From the NCBI GenBank assembly GCA_021781865.1, contig JAJXVZ010000002.1:1-33522 (forward strand): 33,522 nt of DNA. The letters run 5' to 3'. The position numbers and the translations under genes are program-made. Each line of letters starts with the position of its first letter. Positions within the stretch are counted from its first letter, which is position 1. Below the pieces are notes generated by a model. The model worked only from the letters and a program-made list of their open reading frames with translations. It was not told the DNA's origin and did no database searches. Shown here one piece after another: positions 1-8,964 of the stretch. Source of the DNA: a bacterium. Lineage in GTDB: Bacteria; Patescibacteriota; Minisyncoccia; Phycocordibacterales; Phycocordibacteraceae.

Positions 1-903
1 TATCGTGAGGTCACCTGGATTGACCTCGAGCAGCCGACTGAGGAGGAAATACGGGATACTGCTCATGAGTTTTCAATCGGTGAACGCCTCGAGCAAGAAC
101 TGCTTTCCCCAACCCCGACCTCGCTCGTAGCACGAGAAGACGAGATGACGCTTCTGGTACTCCATTTCCCTGCGCACAGCGCGGAAGATGATGCGACGAA
201 AAATCAGGAAATTGATTTCATCGTCGGCGATCACTTTATCCTTACGGTACGCTACGAGGTCGTGGCGCCCCTGCATCATCTGCAAAAGCTTCTCGAGACA
301 CAGAGACTCGTCTTGAAGCGTGTCGCTCTTACCACTGACGTCTTACTCGAACTTCTTTTCGTGCATTTATATACCTCAGTGCATGATCACACAAACCATG
401 TCGTAAATCGCCTTGAACGCATAGAACAAGACATGTTTGACGGTTCCGAACGGAAAACGATACTCTCGATTCTACAAGTCAGTCGCGAATTTTTGCATAT
501 GGAAATAGCGCTGGCGGACCAAGAGGAACCGCTTGATCGTTTCCTTGCGGCGCTTGCAGAACGAAATTCATTTGGAACATCTTTTCTAGAACGCACGGAA
601 CGCATACGCACCGAGCGCATCCAAATCGCGCGTCTCGTTGAGACGCACCGTGCAATTGCGACCGAATTACGCGAAACTAACATCGCGCTACTTGAATCGC
701 GCCAAAACGAAATTATGAAAACGCTTACCATCATCACGTTCAGTGTTCTTCCTCTCGAGCTCATCGCTCTCATTTTCGGTATGCACATGCTCGGAACGCC
801 TCTTGAGCAAAATCCAAATGCCTTTTGGATCATTGTGGCAATCATGTTCGGTCTTGTCAGCTTTATGGTGCTTTTTTTCGCACGAAAGCGATGGATTTTT
901 TAA
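1..903 (+). CDS. corA: CorA-family divalent metal ion transporter, 5' end outside the window
   Basis: Frame 1 is open from base 1 through the listed ATG at 145 to the stop at 903. The C-terminal TM pair (TLTIITFSVLPLELIALIFGMHM and FWIIVAIMFGLVSFMVLFF) followed by KRWIF matches the CorA architecture. The signature position reads GMH rather than GMN. Confidence 0.8.
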   Translation, partial: YREVTWIDLEQPTEEEIRDTAHEFSIGERLEQELLSPTPTSLVAREDEMTLLVLHFPAHSAEDDATKNQEIDFIVGDHFILTVRYEVVAPLHHLQKLLETQRLVLKRVALTTDVLLELLFVHLYTSVHDHTNHVVNRLERIEQDMFDGSERKTILSILQVSREFLHMEIALADQEEPLDRFLAALAERNSFGTSFLERTERIRTERIQIARLVETHRAIATELRETNIALLESRQNEIMKTLTIITFSVLPLELIALIFGMHMLGTPLEQNPNAFWIIVAIMFGLVSFMVLFFARKRWIF

Positions 904-906
904 TGT

Positions 907-2367
907 ATGAAATGGCTCGCCAAAATCCTTAAAAAAGGAAGTATTATACATACTCAGTATCCACCTGTATTTTTTACAAATACGCTCTCGGGCCGGAAAG
1001 AGGTTTTTGTGCCACAAAAACCTGGTATCGTACTCCTTTATTCCTGCGGACCGACCGTATATGCTCGCACACACATCGGAAATCTTCGTACTTTCGTGTT
1101 CGCGGATACTATCGCACGCACACTTGCCGCAGCCGGATATCGTGTGCATCGCGTCATAAATATAACGGATGTCGGTCACCTCGTCGGCGATGGCGATTTT
1201 GGGGAAGACAAGGTGGCGGTTAGTGCCGCACGCGAGCACCTGACACCAGAAACAATCGCAAATCGCTATACAAAACTTTTTCTTGAAGACCTGGACGATC
1301 TTTCCGTCGACACGAGCGATATTCAATTTCCCCGAGCAACAAAATACATCAAAGAACAGATAGCACTTGCCAAAACCCTTGAGGAAAAAGGCCTTGCGTA
1401 TCGCCTTGCGGACGGTCTTTACTTCGATACGGAGAAATTCCCCGGTTATGGAAAACTTGGGGGGCTTTCCAGTGAGGAGCTTGAAGCTGGCGCACGTGTC
1501 AGAGTCGTTAAAGGGAAACGTCATCCTGCCGACTTTGTCCTTTGGCGAACCGCAAAACCAAACGATCTTCAACAATGGAATAGCCCGTGGGGTCGCGGCA
1601 ACCCCGGTTGGCATATCGAATGCTCTGCGATGGTGCGCGCTTTGCTTGGACAAGAAATTGATATTCATACCGGTGGGGAGGATCTTGCACACATACATCA
1701 CAATAACGAGATCGCTCAATCGGAGTCAGTAGGTGGCCGCACTTTTGTCCATTATTGGATGCATAGCGCTTTCCTCACCATGCGCGGTGAAAAGGCATCG
1801 AAATCGCTCGGCAACGTCGTGTATCTTTCCGACATCGTCGAGAAAGGATTCCATCCACTTTCCTTGCGTTATTTCTTCTTCCAGGCACAGTATCGCACAC
1901 CGCTCTCCTTTTCCTGGGACGCACTTGCAGGTGCCGCCGGCGCACTCGATCGACTTTGGAAAATATCTCGCGTCATCGCACGCGAATCAAAACGCAAAAG
2001 TGCTGCTTCCGCAGTCCGTGATCAATTCCTGGCTACTATGCGTGACGACCTTGCGACCCCGCAAGCACTCGGCATCCTCTGGAGTGTTCTAAAAAGTGAA
2101 GAATACGCGCCTGAAGAAAAATGGGGACTTCTGGAGGATGCACAAGCACACCTCGGTCTCTCACTTCTCAACCCACCCCAACAATCCAATCCCCTCGAAG
2201 AGAAAGACGTGCCGAAAGAGATATGGGACCTGCTTACACGCCGGGAGGCAGCACGTGCCTCGAAAGATTTTAAAAAGGCCGACCATATCCGTAATGCTAT
2301 CGAGCACAGTGGATATCGTGTGGACGACGGTCCGGATGGGCCTGTGTTAACTCAAGAGACTCTTTGA
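907..2367 (+). CDS. cysS: Cysteinyl-tRNA synthetase
   Basis: Class I motifs HIGN (HIGH) and KASKS (KMSKS) are present, along with NTLSGRKEVF near the N-terminus and a WHIECSAM motif. The length of 486 aa fits CysRS. Confidence 0.9.
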   Translation: MKWLAKILKKGSIIHTQYPPVFFTNTLSGRKEVFVPQKPGIVLLYSCGPTVYARTHIGNLRTFVFADTIARTLAAAGYRVHRVINITDVGHLVGDGDFGEDKVAVSAAREHLTPETIANRYTKLFLEDLDDLSVDTSDIQFPRATKYIKEQIALAKTLEEKGLAYRLADGLYFDTEKFPGYGKLGGLSSEELEAGARVRVVKGKRHPADFVLWRTAKPNDLQQWNSPWGRGNPGWHIECSAMVRALLGQEIDIHTGGEDLAHIHHNNEIAQSESVGGRTFVHYWMHSAFLTMRGEKASKSLGNVVYLSDIVEKGFHPLSLRYFFFQAQYRTPLSFSWDALAGAAGALDRLWKISRVIARESKRKSAASAVRDQFLATMRDDLATPQALGILWSVLKSEEYAPEEKWGLLEDAQAHLGLSLLNPPQQSNPLEEKDVPKEIWDLLTRREAARASKDFKKADHIRNAIEHSGYRVDDGPDGPVLTQETL

Positions 2368-2379
2368 TACAATTGGTGA

Positions 2380-3744
2380 ATGACGACATCCGATCGTGTT
2401 CCCCCGCAGTCCCTTGAATCTGAGCGCGCACTCCTTGGTGCCATTCTCTTAAAACCAGACGCCATCCATGATGTGTCGGATCTTATTCGCGCAGATTCTT
2501 TCTATGCAGAGAAACATCGACTTATATTCAGCGTTATGCGCGAGCTTGCCGAGCGTGGCGAACCGATTGACCTCCTTTCTCTCTCCGAGCGACTACAGAA
2601 CCAAGGTTTGCTTGAACGTGGCGGTGGCCGTAGCTATCTGGCAGAGCTTATCGGATCAGCTCCAGCGCCTGGAAATTTCTCGCATTACGCAGAACTTGTC
2701 TCACGCAAGTTCCTCATGCGCTCCCTCATTGAGGCTGCATCTACTATTACCGAATCCGCATATGATGAGGCGCGAGAAACAATGGAGGTGCTCGATGAAG
2801 CTGAAAAAAGCATATACGCAATAGGTAATGCTTCCGCGGCGCACAAATTCACTGCCATTGGCGATAAAATTCACGAGGCATGGGATCGTATCGAAGCTCT
2901 TTCAAAGAAAGAAGATGGCATTCGTGGTGTTCCCTCAGGTTTCCCTTCTCTCGATAATCTTCTCTCAGGCTTCCACCCTTCCGATCTTGTCATTATAGCG
3001 GCCCGCCCCTCAATGGGAAAAACTTCGCTCGCCTTGGACATCGCACGAAATGCCGCTGTACGTCATAATGTTGCCGTCGGTATTTTCTCGCTCGAAATGA
3101 GTTCGGAACAACTTATCGATCGCATGCTTGCCGCGGAGTCTTTCGTCAATTCATGGAAATTGCGCACGGGCCAGGTGAGAGAAGAGGAGGATTTCGGCCG
3201 CATACGCGATGCGCTTGAATCGCTTTCAAAAGCCCCCATTTTCATAGACGATAAGCCGGGCAATAATATCCTCGCGATGCGCGCGGTCGCACGGAGACTG
3301 AAACGGGAGCGCGGTATTGGACTCATCGTCGTGGATTATCTTCAGCTCATGACTCCGACCTCGGCTAAATCTTCCGATTCCCTTGTCCAGCAGGTCACCG
3401 AAATATCCCGTTCGCTTAAATCGCTCGCGCGCGAACTTGCGGTACCAGTGATTGCGCTTTCACAACTTTCGCGTGCAGTTGAGCAACGTGGCGGCAGGCC
3501 GCGTTTGAGCGATCTACGCGATTCCGGGAGTATCGAGCAAGATGCCGATGTCGTTATGTTCATTCATCGCGAAGACAAGCGCAATCCGGAAAATAGCCAG
3601 CCAAATATTGCAGAAATTCTTATCGAGAAACACCGTAATGGCCCGACAGGTAAAACTGAACTCTATTTCGATGAAAAACGCGCCACATTCCAGCCAGTAG
3701 ATACGAGCGGCTACGGTGACCTCGCAGGTGAGTTCTCTAACTAA
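2380..3744 (+). CDS. dnaB: Replicative DNA helicase DnaB
   Basis: The N-terminal PPQSLESERALLGAILL box, Walker A AARPSMGKTS, LIVVDYLQLM and ALSQLSRAVE motifs are all typical of DnaB. No intein-sized insertion is present. Confidence 0.9.
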   Translation: MTTSDRVPPQSLESERALLGAILLKPDAIHDVSDLIRADSFYAEKHRLIFSVMRELAERGEPIDLLSLSERLQNQGLLERGGGRSYLAELIGSAPAPGNFSHYAELVSRKFLMRSLIEAASTITESAYDEARETMEVLDEAEKSIYAIGNASAAHKFTAIGDKIHEAWDRIEALSKKEDGIRGVPSGFPSLDNLLSGFHPSDLVIIAARPSMGKTSLALDIARNAAVRHNVAVGIFSLEMSSEQLIDRMLAAESFVNSWKLRTGQVREEEDFGRIRDALESLSKAPIFIDDKPGNNILAMRAVARRLKRERGIGLIVVDYLQLMTPTSAKSSDSLVQQVTEISRSLKSLARELAVPVIALSQLSRAVEQRGGRPRLSDLRDSGSIEQDADVVMFIHREDKRNPENSQPNIAEILIEKHRNGPTGKTELYFDEKRATFQPVDTSGYGDLAGEFSN

Positions 3745-4346
3745 TGGATCATATTGACGAACTTGCTCGTGCTCTAGCCCGCTTGCCAGGGATTGGCCCC
3801 CGACAAGGTAAACGTTTTGTGTATTACTTACTTTCCGCGCCAACCTCAGAACGTACGAAACTCGCGGAACTTATCTTGTCGCTTGGTAAAGATGTTCGCC
3901 AATGTTCCGAATGCTTCCGTTTTCATAACGAAACTACTACAAATGTCTGCAGATATTGTTCTGATCACGGACGAGATGACGCAATTTTGATGTTTGTTGA
4001 GAAAGATCAAGACCTTTCCGCAATAGAACGTGCGGGTACGTATCATGGGCGTTATTTCGTACTCGGCGGCGTACTCACCCTGTCGGGTAAAGGTGCAATC
4101 CGTGAGAAGGAATTATTACAGATGGTTGAAAAACGTCTGGGGAACGGCCTGAAGGAAGTGGTACTCGCGCTTTCGGCAACAAGCGAAGGCGAGCACACGG
4201 CAGACCGCGTGCGTGCATTGCTCGCGCCATACCGCGATCATTTGAAGATTTCTGAACTCGGACGTGGCCTCGCGACCGGCAGCGAGCTTGAGTATTCCGA
4301 TGCACAAACGTTGCGTGCCGCTCTTATAAACCGCAGAGAGGCTTAA
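3744..4346 (+). CDS. recR: Recombination protein RecR
   Basis: It has an LPGIGPRQGKRF helix-hairpin-helix, a C4 zinc finger (CSECFRF...CRYC) and a Toprim-like C-terminal half. The start overlaps the dnaB stop by 1 nt. Confidence 0.9.
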   Translation: MDHIDELARALARLPGIGPRQGKRFVYYLLSAPTSERTKLAELILSLGKDVRQCSECFRFHNETTTNVCRYCSDHGRDDAILMFVEKDQDLSAIERAGTYHGRYFVLGGVLTLSGKGAIREKELLQMVEKRLGNGLKEVVLALSATSEGEHTADRVRALLAPYRDHLKISELGRGLATGSELEYSDAQTLRAALINRREA

Positions 4347-5692
4347 CGATCTTGAATAAAAGTCAATGCGCGGCCCTTAAGCGAAGCGCGGCCGGTACGA
4401 CCGATGCGGTGAACATAATCCTCATATGTGGAAGGAAGGTCATAATTGATGACGTGTGAGACCGCTGGAATATCCAATCCACGCGCCGCAACATCAGTGG
4501 CAACAAGCACGTTCACCTTTCCTGCCTTGAGAGCCTCCAATGCGCGCAAACGCGCTCCATGCGTCTTATTACCATGAATGCTCTCCGCGTGAATGTGAAG
4601 ACGCGAAAGCGCCTTAGCGAGCTTTTCTACGCCGAACTTGGTACGGCCAAATACAAGTACTCGACTGAACTCCCGATCTTTAAGAAGATTCGCGAGTACC
4701 TCGAATTTATCTTTTCCGCGAGGAATACGAACAACATCTTGATCAATGCTGCTCGGCGTATCGCGCATCTTTACTGAAATGATCACGGGGCTCGTGAGGA
4801 AATCACCGATGAGCCGCTCAATATCTTTCGACATTGTCGCGGAAAAGAAGAGCGTATGACGCTCTTTGCGCATTTTTGAAAGAATTATGCGCATGTCATC
4901 AATAAAACCCATGTCGAGCATACGATCCGCTTCATCGAGAACGACTGTACCAAAACCGGAAAGATCAAGCGCACGACGTTCCATCAAATCCTTGAGTCGT
5001 CCGGGCGTACCAATAACGAATGCCGGATCATTGCGAAGCATCGATATTTGAGGACCGATATTCGCGCCACCAACCGCGACCATGCCACGGAATCCGAGAC
5101 CACGTGCAAATCCTGCAAGTTCTTTTTCTATCTGCACCGCAAGTTCTCTGGTCGGTGCCATGATAAGAACACGCTCACCTTTCTGCTTCACTACTTTGTC
5201 GATAAGCGGAATGAGAAATGCGGCAGTCTTCCCCGTTCCTGTCTGAGCGAGACCGACAACGTCTTGGCCGAGCAAAGCATGTGGAATTGCTTTATCTTGA
5301 ATTGGCGTTGGAAGTTCGTATTTTCTCGCAGCGATATTTTTTTTCAGATGATCGTTAATATCGAAATCGGAAAACTTATGCTCAGGAACAAATACTGGTT
5401 CTTCAGTGCTGACAACCGCCTTATTCATGAATTTTGAAATTTCTGCTTCAGTCTCACCGAAAGAACCAAATCCGCCACGACGCGCGCCTGCGTGTCCATG
5501 ACTACCATATCCACCGCGTCCATAATTACCACGATCTGCAGGACGGCTCCCATTGCGTCTGCTGAATGAGCTGTCTCGACGAGATCCATAAGAAGGACGG
5601 GCGGAGTACTTCCCCCGTTGGTATGAGGAAGAATGTACACTACTGTGCGAGTCACTATTAGATGATTGATGATTCCAGCGCCCTATTTGCAT
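4343..5692 (-). CDS. DEAD-box ATP-dependent RNA helicase with an N-terminal Arg/Gly/Ser-rich low-complexity region
   Basis: Motifs AQTGTGKT, DEAD, SAT and HRIGRTGR are present. The first ~85 aa are RGG/SR-rich. An internal Met (MNKAVV) is an alternative start. Confidence 0.85.
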   Translation of the reverse strand: MQIGRWNHQSSNSDSHSSVHSSSYQRGKYSARPSYGSRRDSSFSRRNGSRPADRGNYGRGGYGSHGHAGARRGGFGSFGETEAEISKFMNKAVVSTEEPVFVPEHKFSDFDINDHLKKNIAARKYELPTPIQDKAIPHALLGQDVVGLAQTGTGKTAAFLIPLIDKVVKQKGERVLIMAPTRELAVQIEKELAGFARGLGFRGMVAVGGANIGPQISMLRNDPAFVIGTPGRLKDLMERRALDLSGFGTVVLDEADRMLDMGFIDDMRIILSKMRKERHTLFFSATMSKDIERLIGDFLTSPVIISVKMRDTPSSIDQDVVRIPRGKDKFEVLANLLKDREFSRVLVFGRTKFGVEKLAKALSRLHIHAESIHGNKTHGARLRALEALKAGKVNVLVATDVAARGLDIPAVSHVINYDLPSTYEDYVHRIGRTGRASLKGRALTFIQDR

Positions 5693-5746
5693 ATAAAATA
5701 TAGCTAGCTAAATAAAAGCCTTTGCATTTGCTTTCGATATTTAGGA

Positions 5747-6064
5747 TTAGGAAATCGAGTCGATTTTTACCTTAAGAAGCGGTTGACGGTGCCCACGACG
5801 TTTATAATAACGACTCTTCGGTTTATACTTCACAACCTCAATTTTTTTTCCTTTCCCTGCGAAAACAACGGTGCCCTTGACCTCTGCGCCCTTGATAACG
5901 GGCGCACCGATGGTCGTGTCCGAGCCGTTGTCAACGAGGAGCACCTCGCTGAAGACAACAGTGTCGCCTTTCCCCAAGTCTTCCGGAAATTTCTCGATAG
6001 AAATAGTGTCGCCTTTCGAGACGACATACTGCTTCCCGCCGGTCTTGATTACGGCCACTTCCAT
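5747..6064 (-). CDS. rplU: 50S ribosomal protein L21
   Basis: The N-terminus MEVAVIKTGGKQYVVSKGD and the basic C-terminal KYKPKSRYYKRRGHRQ are typical of L21. Confidence 0.9.
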   Translation of the reverse strand: MEVAVIKTGGKQYVVSKGDTISIEKFPEDLGKGDTVVFSEVLLVDNGSDTTIGAPVIKGAEVKGTVVFAGKGKKIEVVKYKPKSRYYKRRGHRQPLLKVKIDSIS

Positions 6065-6092
6065 AGTCGTTATAATCTAACATTCTTCTGTA

Positions 6093-6131
6093 TAAAAAAC
6101 AAGGCTGCGCGGAATGTTCTCCGACACAGCC
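6093..6131 (-). terminator. Putative intrinsic terminator after the 6142-6570 ORF
   Basis: On the minus strand, a GGCTG...CAGCC hairpin (6103-6107 paired with 6127-6131) is followed by TTGTTTTTT (the A-run 6094-6099 on plus). Confidence 0.45.
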
Positions 6132-6141
6132 TCAACATGTT

Positions 6142-6570
6142 TCATTGCCGCTGATTGGTTACCGTCGTGGGGGTTGCAACCACCACCCCATTAACCATGG
6201 TGAAATGCATGGGCGGTATCGGATCATCCGTCCGCACGATGCAGAGATGGTAGCCGCTATCGCGAAACACTTTACCATCTTCGATAATCAAGATATTACT
6301 CTTACCCGAGTGAATAACCCCGACGAGTGAATATTCCCTCCCGTTTGATAGAACTTTTGAAATGGGTGTTGTCGCCTCGGACACGTATCCATGTCCATCG
6401 GATACACCAATCATTACCCCTGCGGCAGCAATGACGGTGAACAGTAATAGTACGGATCCAAATCGCGTGTTCGCATCTTTGCGCCACTTCAAATCTGTCA
6501 CCGCCAAGGCTGCCAGTACACAGAAAATAAAAAGCACCACGAATGAACTCAAATACACTGTCATTCCCAT
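6142..6570 (-). CDS. Hypothetical membrane protein (two N-terminal TM helices)
   Basis: A GGAGG Shine-Dalgarno sits about 8 nt upstream of the ATG. It has two hydrophobic helices followed by a beta-rich soluble part. I recognise no family. Confidence 0.55.
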   Translation of the reverse strand: MGMTVYLSSFVVLFIFCVLAALAVTDLKWRKDANTRFGSVLLLFTVIAAAGVMIGVSDGHGYVSEATTPISKVLSNGREYSLVGVIHSGKSNILIIEDGKVFRDSGYHLCIVRTDDPIPPMHFTMVNGVVVATPTTVTNQRQ

Positions 6571-6645
6571 TTCAATTCCCTCCGTTTCAATTGTAACCTC
6601 GGTGTGAGGTTCCTTTCTGTTTATTTTTTAACACATATTGCAAGA

Positions 6646-7725
6646 TCAATCAAGTTCCTGCATGGGCTTCTCAAGAAATTCAGGCTCGATGCCTATTTTT
6701 GAATCGGCTATGCGGTAGACATCCTTATCTATTTTACCAAGCTCTTTGTATCCGCTATTATAATGCGAAACGGTCGTGCCGAGTGAAATACCAAGTTTCT
6801 TATAGAATTGCTCATAAGCAGCAACGTGCTTCCCTAATTCCCCTACCCTTTGCTGAATTTCCACCGCCTTCTCTTCGATTTTAAGTGCCTTGAGTCCTTG
6901 CATAACAGTCTGGAGGTATGCAAGAAATGATGTTGGCGAAACAATAATGACCTTATATTTGCTCGCCGCCCTCTGAATGAGATTTTCATCTTCTCCACCG
7001 CCAACTTGATTCGTGAGAAGATCATAATAAATTCCCTCTGAAGGAATAAACATGAACGCAAAGTCCATTGTGTTTTCCTCGGGCCGAATATACTTTGCGG
7101 TTTCCTGGATGCGTAGTTTGAGATCATTGATGAACGCTTTTTCAAATGTTGGCTTCTCTGTCTCGCTCGCATGCACGAGACGATTGTAGTTATCAAGTGA
7201 AAACTTCGAGTCAATCGGGACAATCTTGTCATTTATGAACACTGCAGCATCGACAATCTCACCATTCTTGAATGAATACTGCATCTGGTATATCCCTGGC
7301 GGAAGTACATTCTTCAAAACGGTTTCCAGATAATATTCTCCGAGGATGCCGCGCTGCTTCGGATTTTTGAGTATGTCTTGAAGACTCTGCAGCTGTTCCG
7401 CGAAACTTTGTGTCTGTCGACCAATCTCCTTCACTGAAGTGATCTCTTGCGTTATCTCTTTGATGAGCCGGGTGGATTCGGAAAATTGGCGGTGCGCATT
7501 CTCTTGCATCGCACGAGACGTATCTGAAACGCGCGCGTCGAGCGTCTTTTCAAGATTCTGCAACTGCTGTTGCAAAAGCACCATGCTACCTTCGTCGCGG
7601 ACGGGTTCGTGGCGACGTAGGATGAAATAAAGAGCAATGCCCTGCACAACAAAAAGAGCAAGAATGACGAAAGAAATATTCAAAATGCTCATGTCTGTAG
7701 TATACTCTGCCGTATGGCTATTCAC
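6646..7725 (-). CDS. rmuC: DNA recombination protein RmuC
   Basis: It has an N-terminal TM helix, a long coiled-coil, and a C-terminal nuclease-like region with FAFMFIPSEGIYYDLL and IIVSPTSFLAYL, as in the RmuC family. Confidence 0.8.
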   Translation of the reverse strand: MNSHTAEYTTDMSILNISFVILALFVVQGIALYFILRRHEPVRDEGSMVLLQQQLQNLEKTLDARVSDTSRAMQENAHRQFSESTRLIKEITQEITSVKEIGRQTQSFAEQLQSLQDILKNPKQRGILGEYYLETVLKNVLPPGIYQMQYSFKNGEIVDAAVFINDKIVPIDSKFSLDNYNRLVHASETEKPTFEKAFINDLKLRIQETAKYIRPEENTMDFAFMFIPSEGIYYDLLTNQVGGGEDENLIQRAASKYKVIIVSPTSFLAYLQTVMQGLKALKIEEKAVEIQQRVGELGKHVAAYEQFYKKLGISLGTTVSHYNSGYKELGKIDKDVYRIADSKIGIEPEFLEKPMQELD

Positions 7726-8169
7726 GAAACTATAAAGAAAGCGATTCCAGACGCACTCCGCGCACGTGACGAGGTACGGCTCCGGACACTCCGCTCGATT
7801 CTCACCGCGATGACGAACGAAATCGTCGCCAAAAAACGCAAGCCCAATGAACTCCTAACCGACGAGGAAGCTCTTGTGGTGGTGAAGCGTGCCGTTAATC
7901 AGCGCAAGGATTCTATTGAACAATTCGAGAAGGCGTCGCGAAACGACCTCGCGGAACCAGAAAGAGCCGAGCTTGCCATACTCAAATCCTATCTCCCCGT
8001 CCAAATGAGTCGTGAAGAAATCATCAAGATCGCGCGCGCGAAGATGACAGAACTCGGTATCTCAACAAAGACCGAAACAGGTAAGTTCACCGGCATCTTA
8101 ATGAAAGAGTTGAGTGGAAAAGCCGACGGTGGCGATGTCAAGGCGGTTGTGGATACCTTGCTTACGTAA
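7714..8169 (+). CDS. GatB/YqeY domain protein
   Basis: The sequence IKKAIPDALRARDEVRLRTLRSILTAMTNE...LAILKSYLP...GKADGGDVKAVV is characteristic of the YqeY family. Confidence 0.8.
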   Translation: MAIHETIKKAIPDALRARDEVRLRTLRSILTAMTNEIVAKKRKPNELLTDEEALVVVKRAVNQRKDSIEQFEKASRNDLAEPERAELAILKSYLPVQMSREEIIKIARAKMTELGISTKTETGKFTGILMKELSGKADGGDVKAVVDTLLT

Positions 8170-8255
8170 CCCTAATCACAGATGTTTTATTCTCATTGAC
8201 ACTGTGTTATTGCCTGGCATACTTACAAGTATGCCGATGTATGGAGGGTAATCCG

Positions 8256-8495
8256 ATGAATGATCCAGTGAAAAAAATGAAGGAACTCATGCGTATACAT
8301 GGGATTGATGCGCGTTTGAAGAAAAGAAAGATCGAAGATCAGTCCACACCGGCGCCCCGAGAGGAACCTCCGGTGAGGGTTCCTCGCGAACAAACACCCC
8401 TTCGCAACATCCCAGGCATTATAGAGGACGCAAGAGCACACGAAAAGCGAAATCCATCGCCTCCGGAAAATGACGATTCTCCGAACACGCGGTAA
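8256..8495 (+). CDS. Small hypothetical protein, Pro/Glu/Arg-rich
   Basis: I trimmed the start to the ATG at 8256, which is preceded by a GGAGGG Shine-Dalgarno at 8243-8248. A hairpin plus T-run follows the stop. No recognisable domain. Confidence 0.45.
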   Translation: MNDPVKKMKELMRIHGIDARLKKRKIEDQSTPAPREEPPVRVPREQTPLRNIPGIIEDARAHEKRNPSPPENDDSPNTR

Positions 8496-8512
8496 TAAAA
8501 GTGTGCACCTGT

Positions 8513-8541
8513 GCCGGTGGCGAACCACCGGCTTTTTCTTT
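8513..8541 (+). terminator. Intrinsic terminator
   Basis: The hairpin GCCGGTGG-cgaa-CCACCGGC is followed by TTTTTCTTT. Confidence 0.7.
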
Positions 8542-8856
8542 CATATTTAACGTATTGCGGTATATCATAAAACTAATTCGTGAGTGTGGGCCAATGTTAA
8601 ACGAGTCGGCAGTACAAAAGCTTATGCAATGTAAACAGTTGGACAAAGAGATTAGCGAAACACGGTACTTGGCTGCAGAAATAAACCCTGTGAAACGCAT
8701 TAAGGAATTCAAAACAGTTAAGAATCTCGGGCTAATGATGTGCGGCCCAACAGGATTGAATTTCGCTAATCAATTCTAATTACTTCTTTCGAAGTAAATG
8801 TCCATCCCCGAAACAAATGCTCTTACCATTATGGCAGACTACGAGCTGGAACTCTG

Positions 8857-8928
8857 TGACCCTACGGGGAGTCGAACCCCGATTTACGCCGTGAGAGGGC
8901 GCTGTCCTAGCCATTAGACGATAGGGCC
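8857..8928 (-). tRNA. tRNA-Glu (anticodon CUC)
   Basis: The reverse complement folds by hand as a cloverleaf. The parts are acceptor GGCCCTA/TAGGGTC, D stem GTCT/GGAC, anticodon stem GCGCC/GGCGT with loop CTCTCAC, a 4-nt variable loop, and T arm CGGGG-TTCGACT-CCCCG. CCA is not encoded. Confidence 0.85.
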
Positions 8929-8964
8929 GATGTATTGTTTTATATCAGAATTGCTGCGTGTACG

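Noticed and set aside
688-1719. 343-aa ORF on the minus strand overlapping corA and cysS
   Set aside because: It is antisense to two genes with unmistakable family motifs. It is Cys/Arg/Lys-rich with no recognisable domain, so it is a typical shadow ORF.
8501-8779. 92-aa plus-strand ORF (or its 61-aa internal-start version) between the small ORF terminator and tRNA-Glu
   Set aside because: It begins inside the preceding terminator hairpin and has no RBS at either start and no recognisable motif. Only a weak TTACTTC-tttc-GAAGTAA hairpin follows it, which is too weak to call as a gene.
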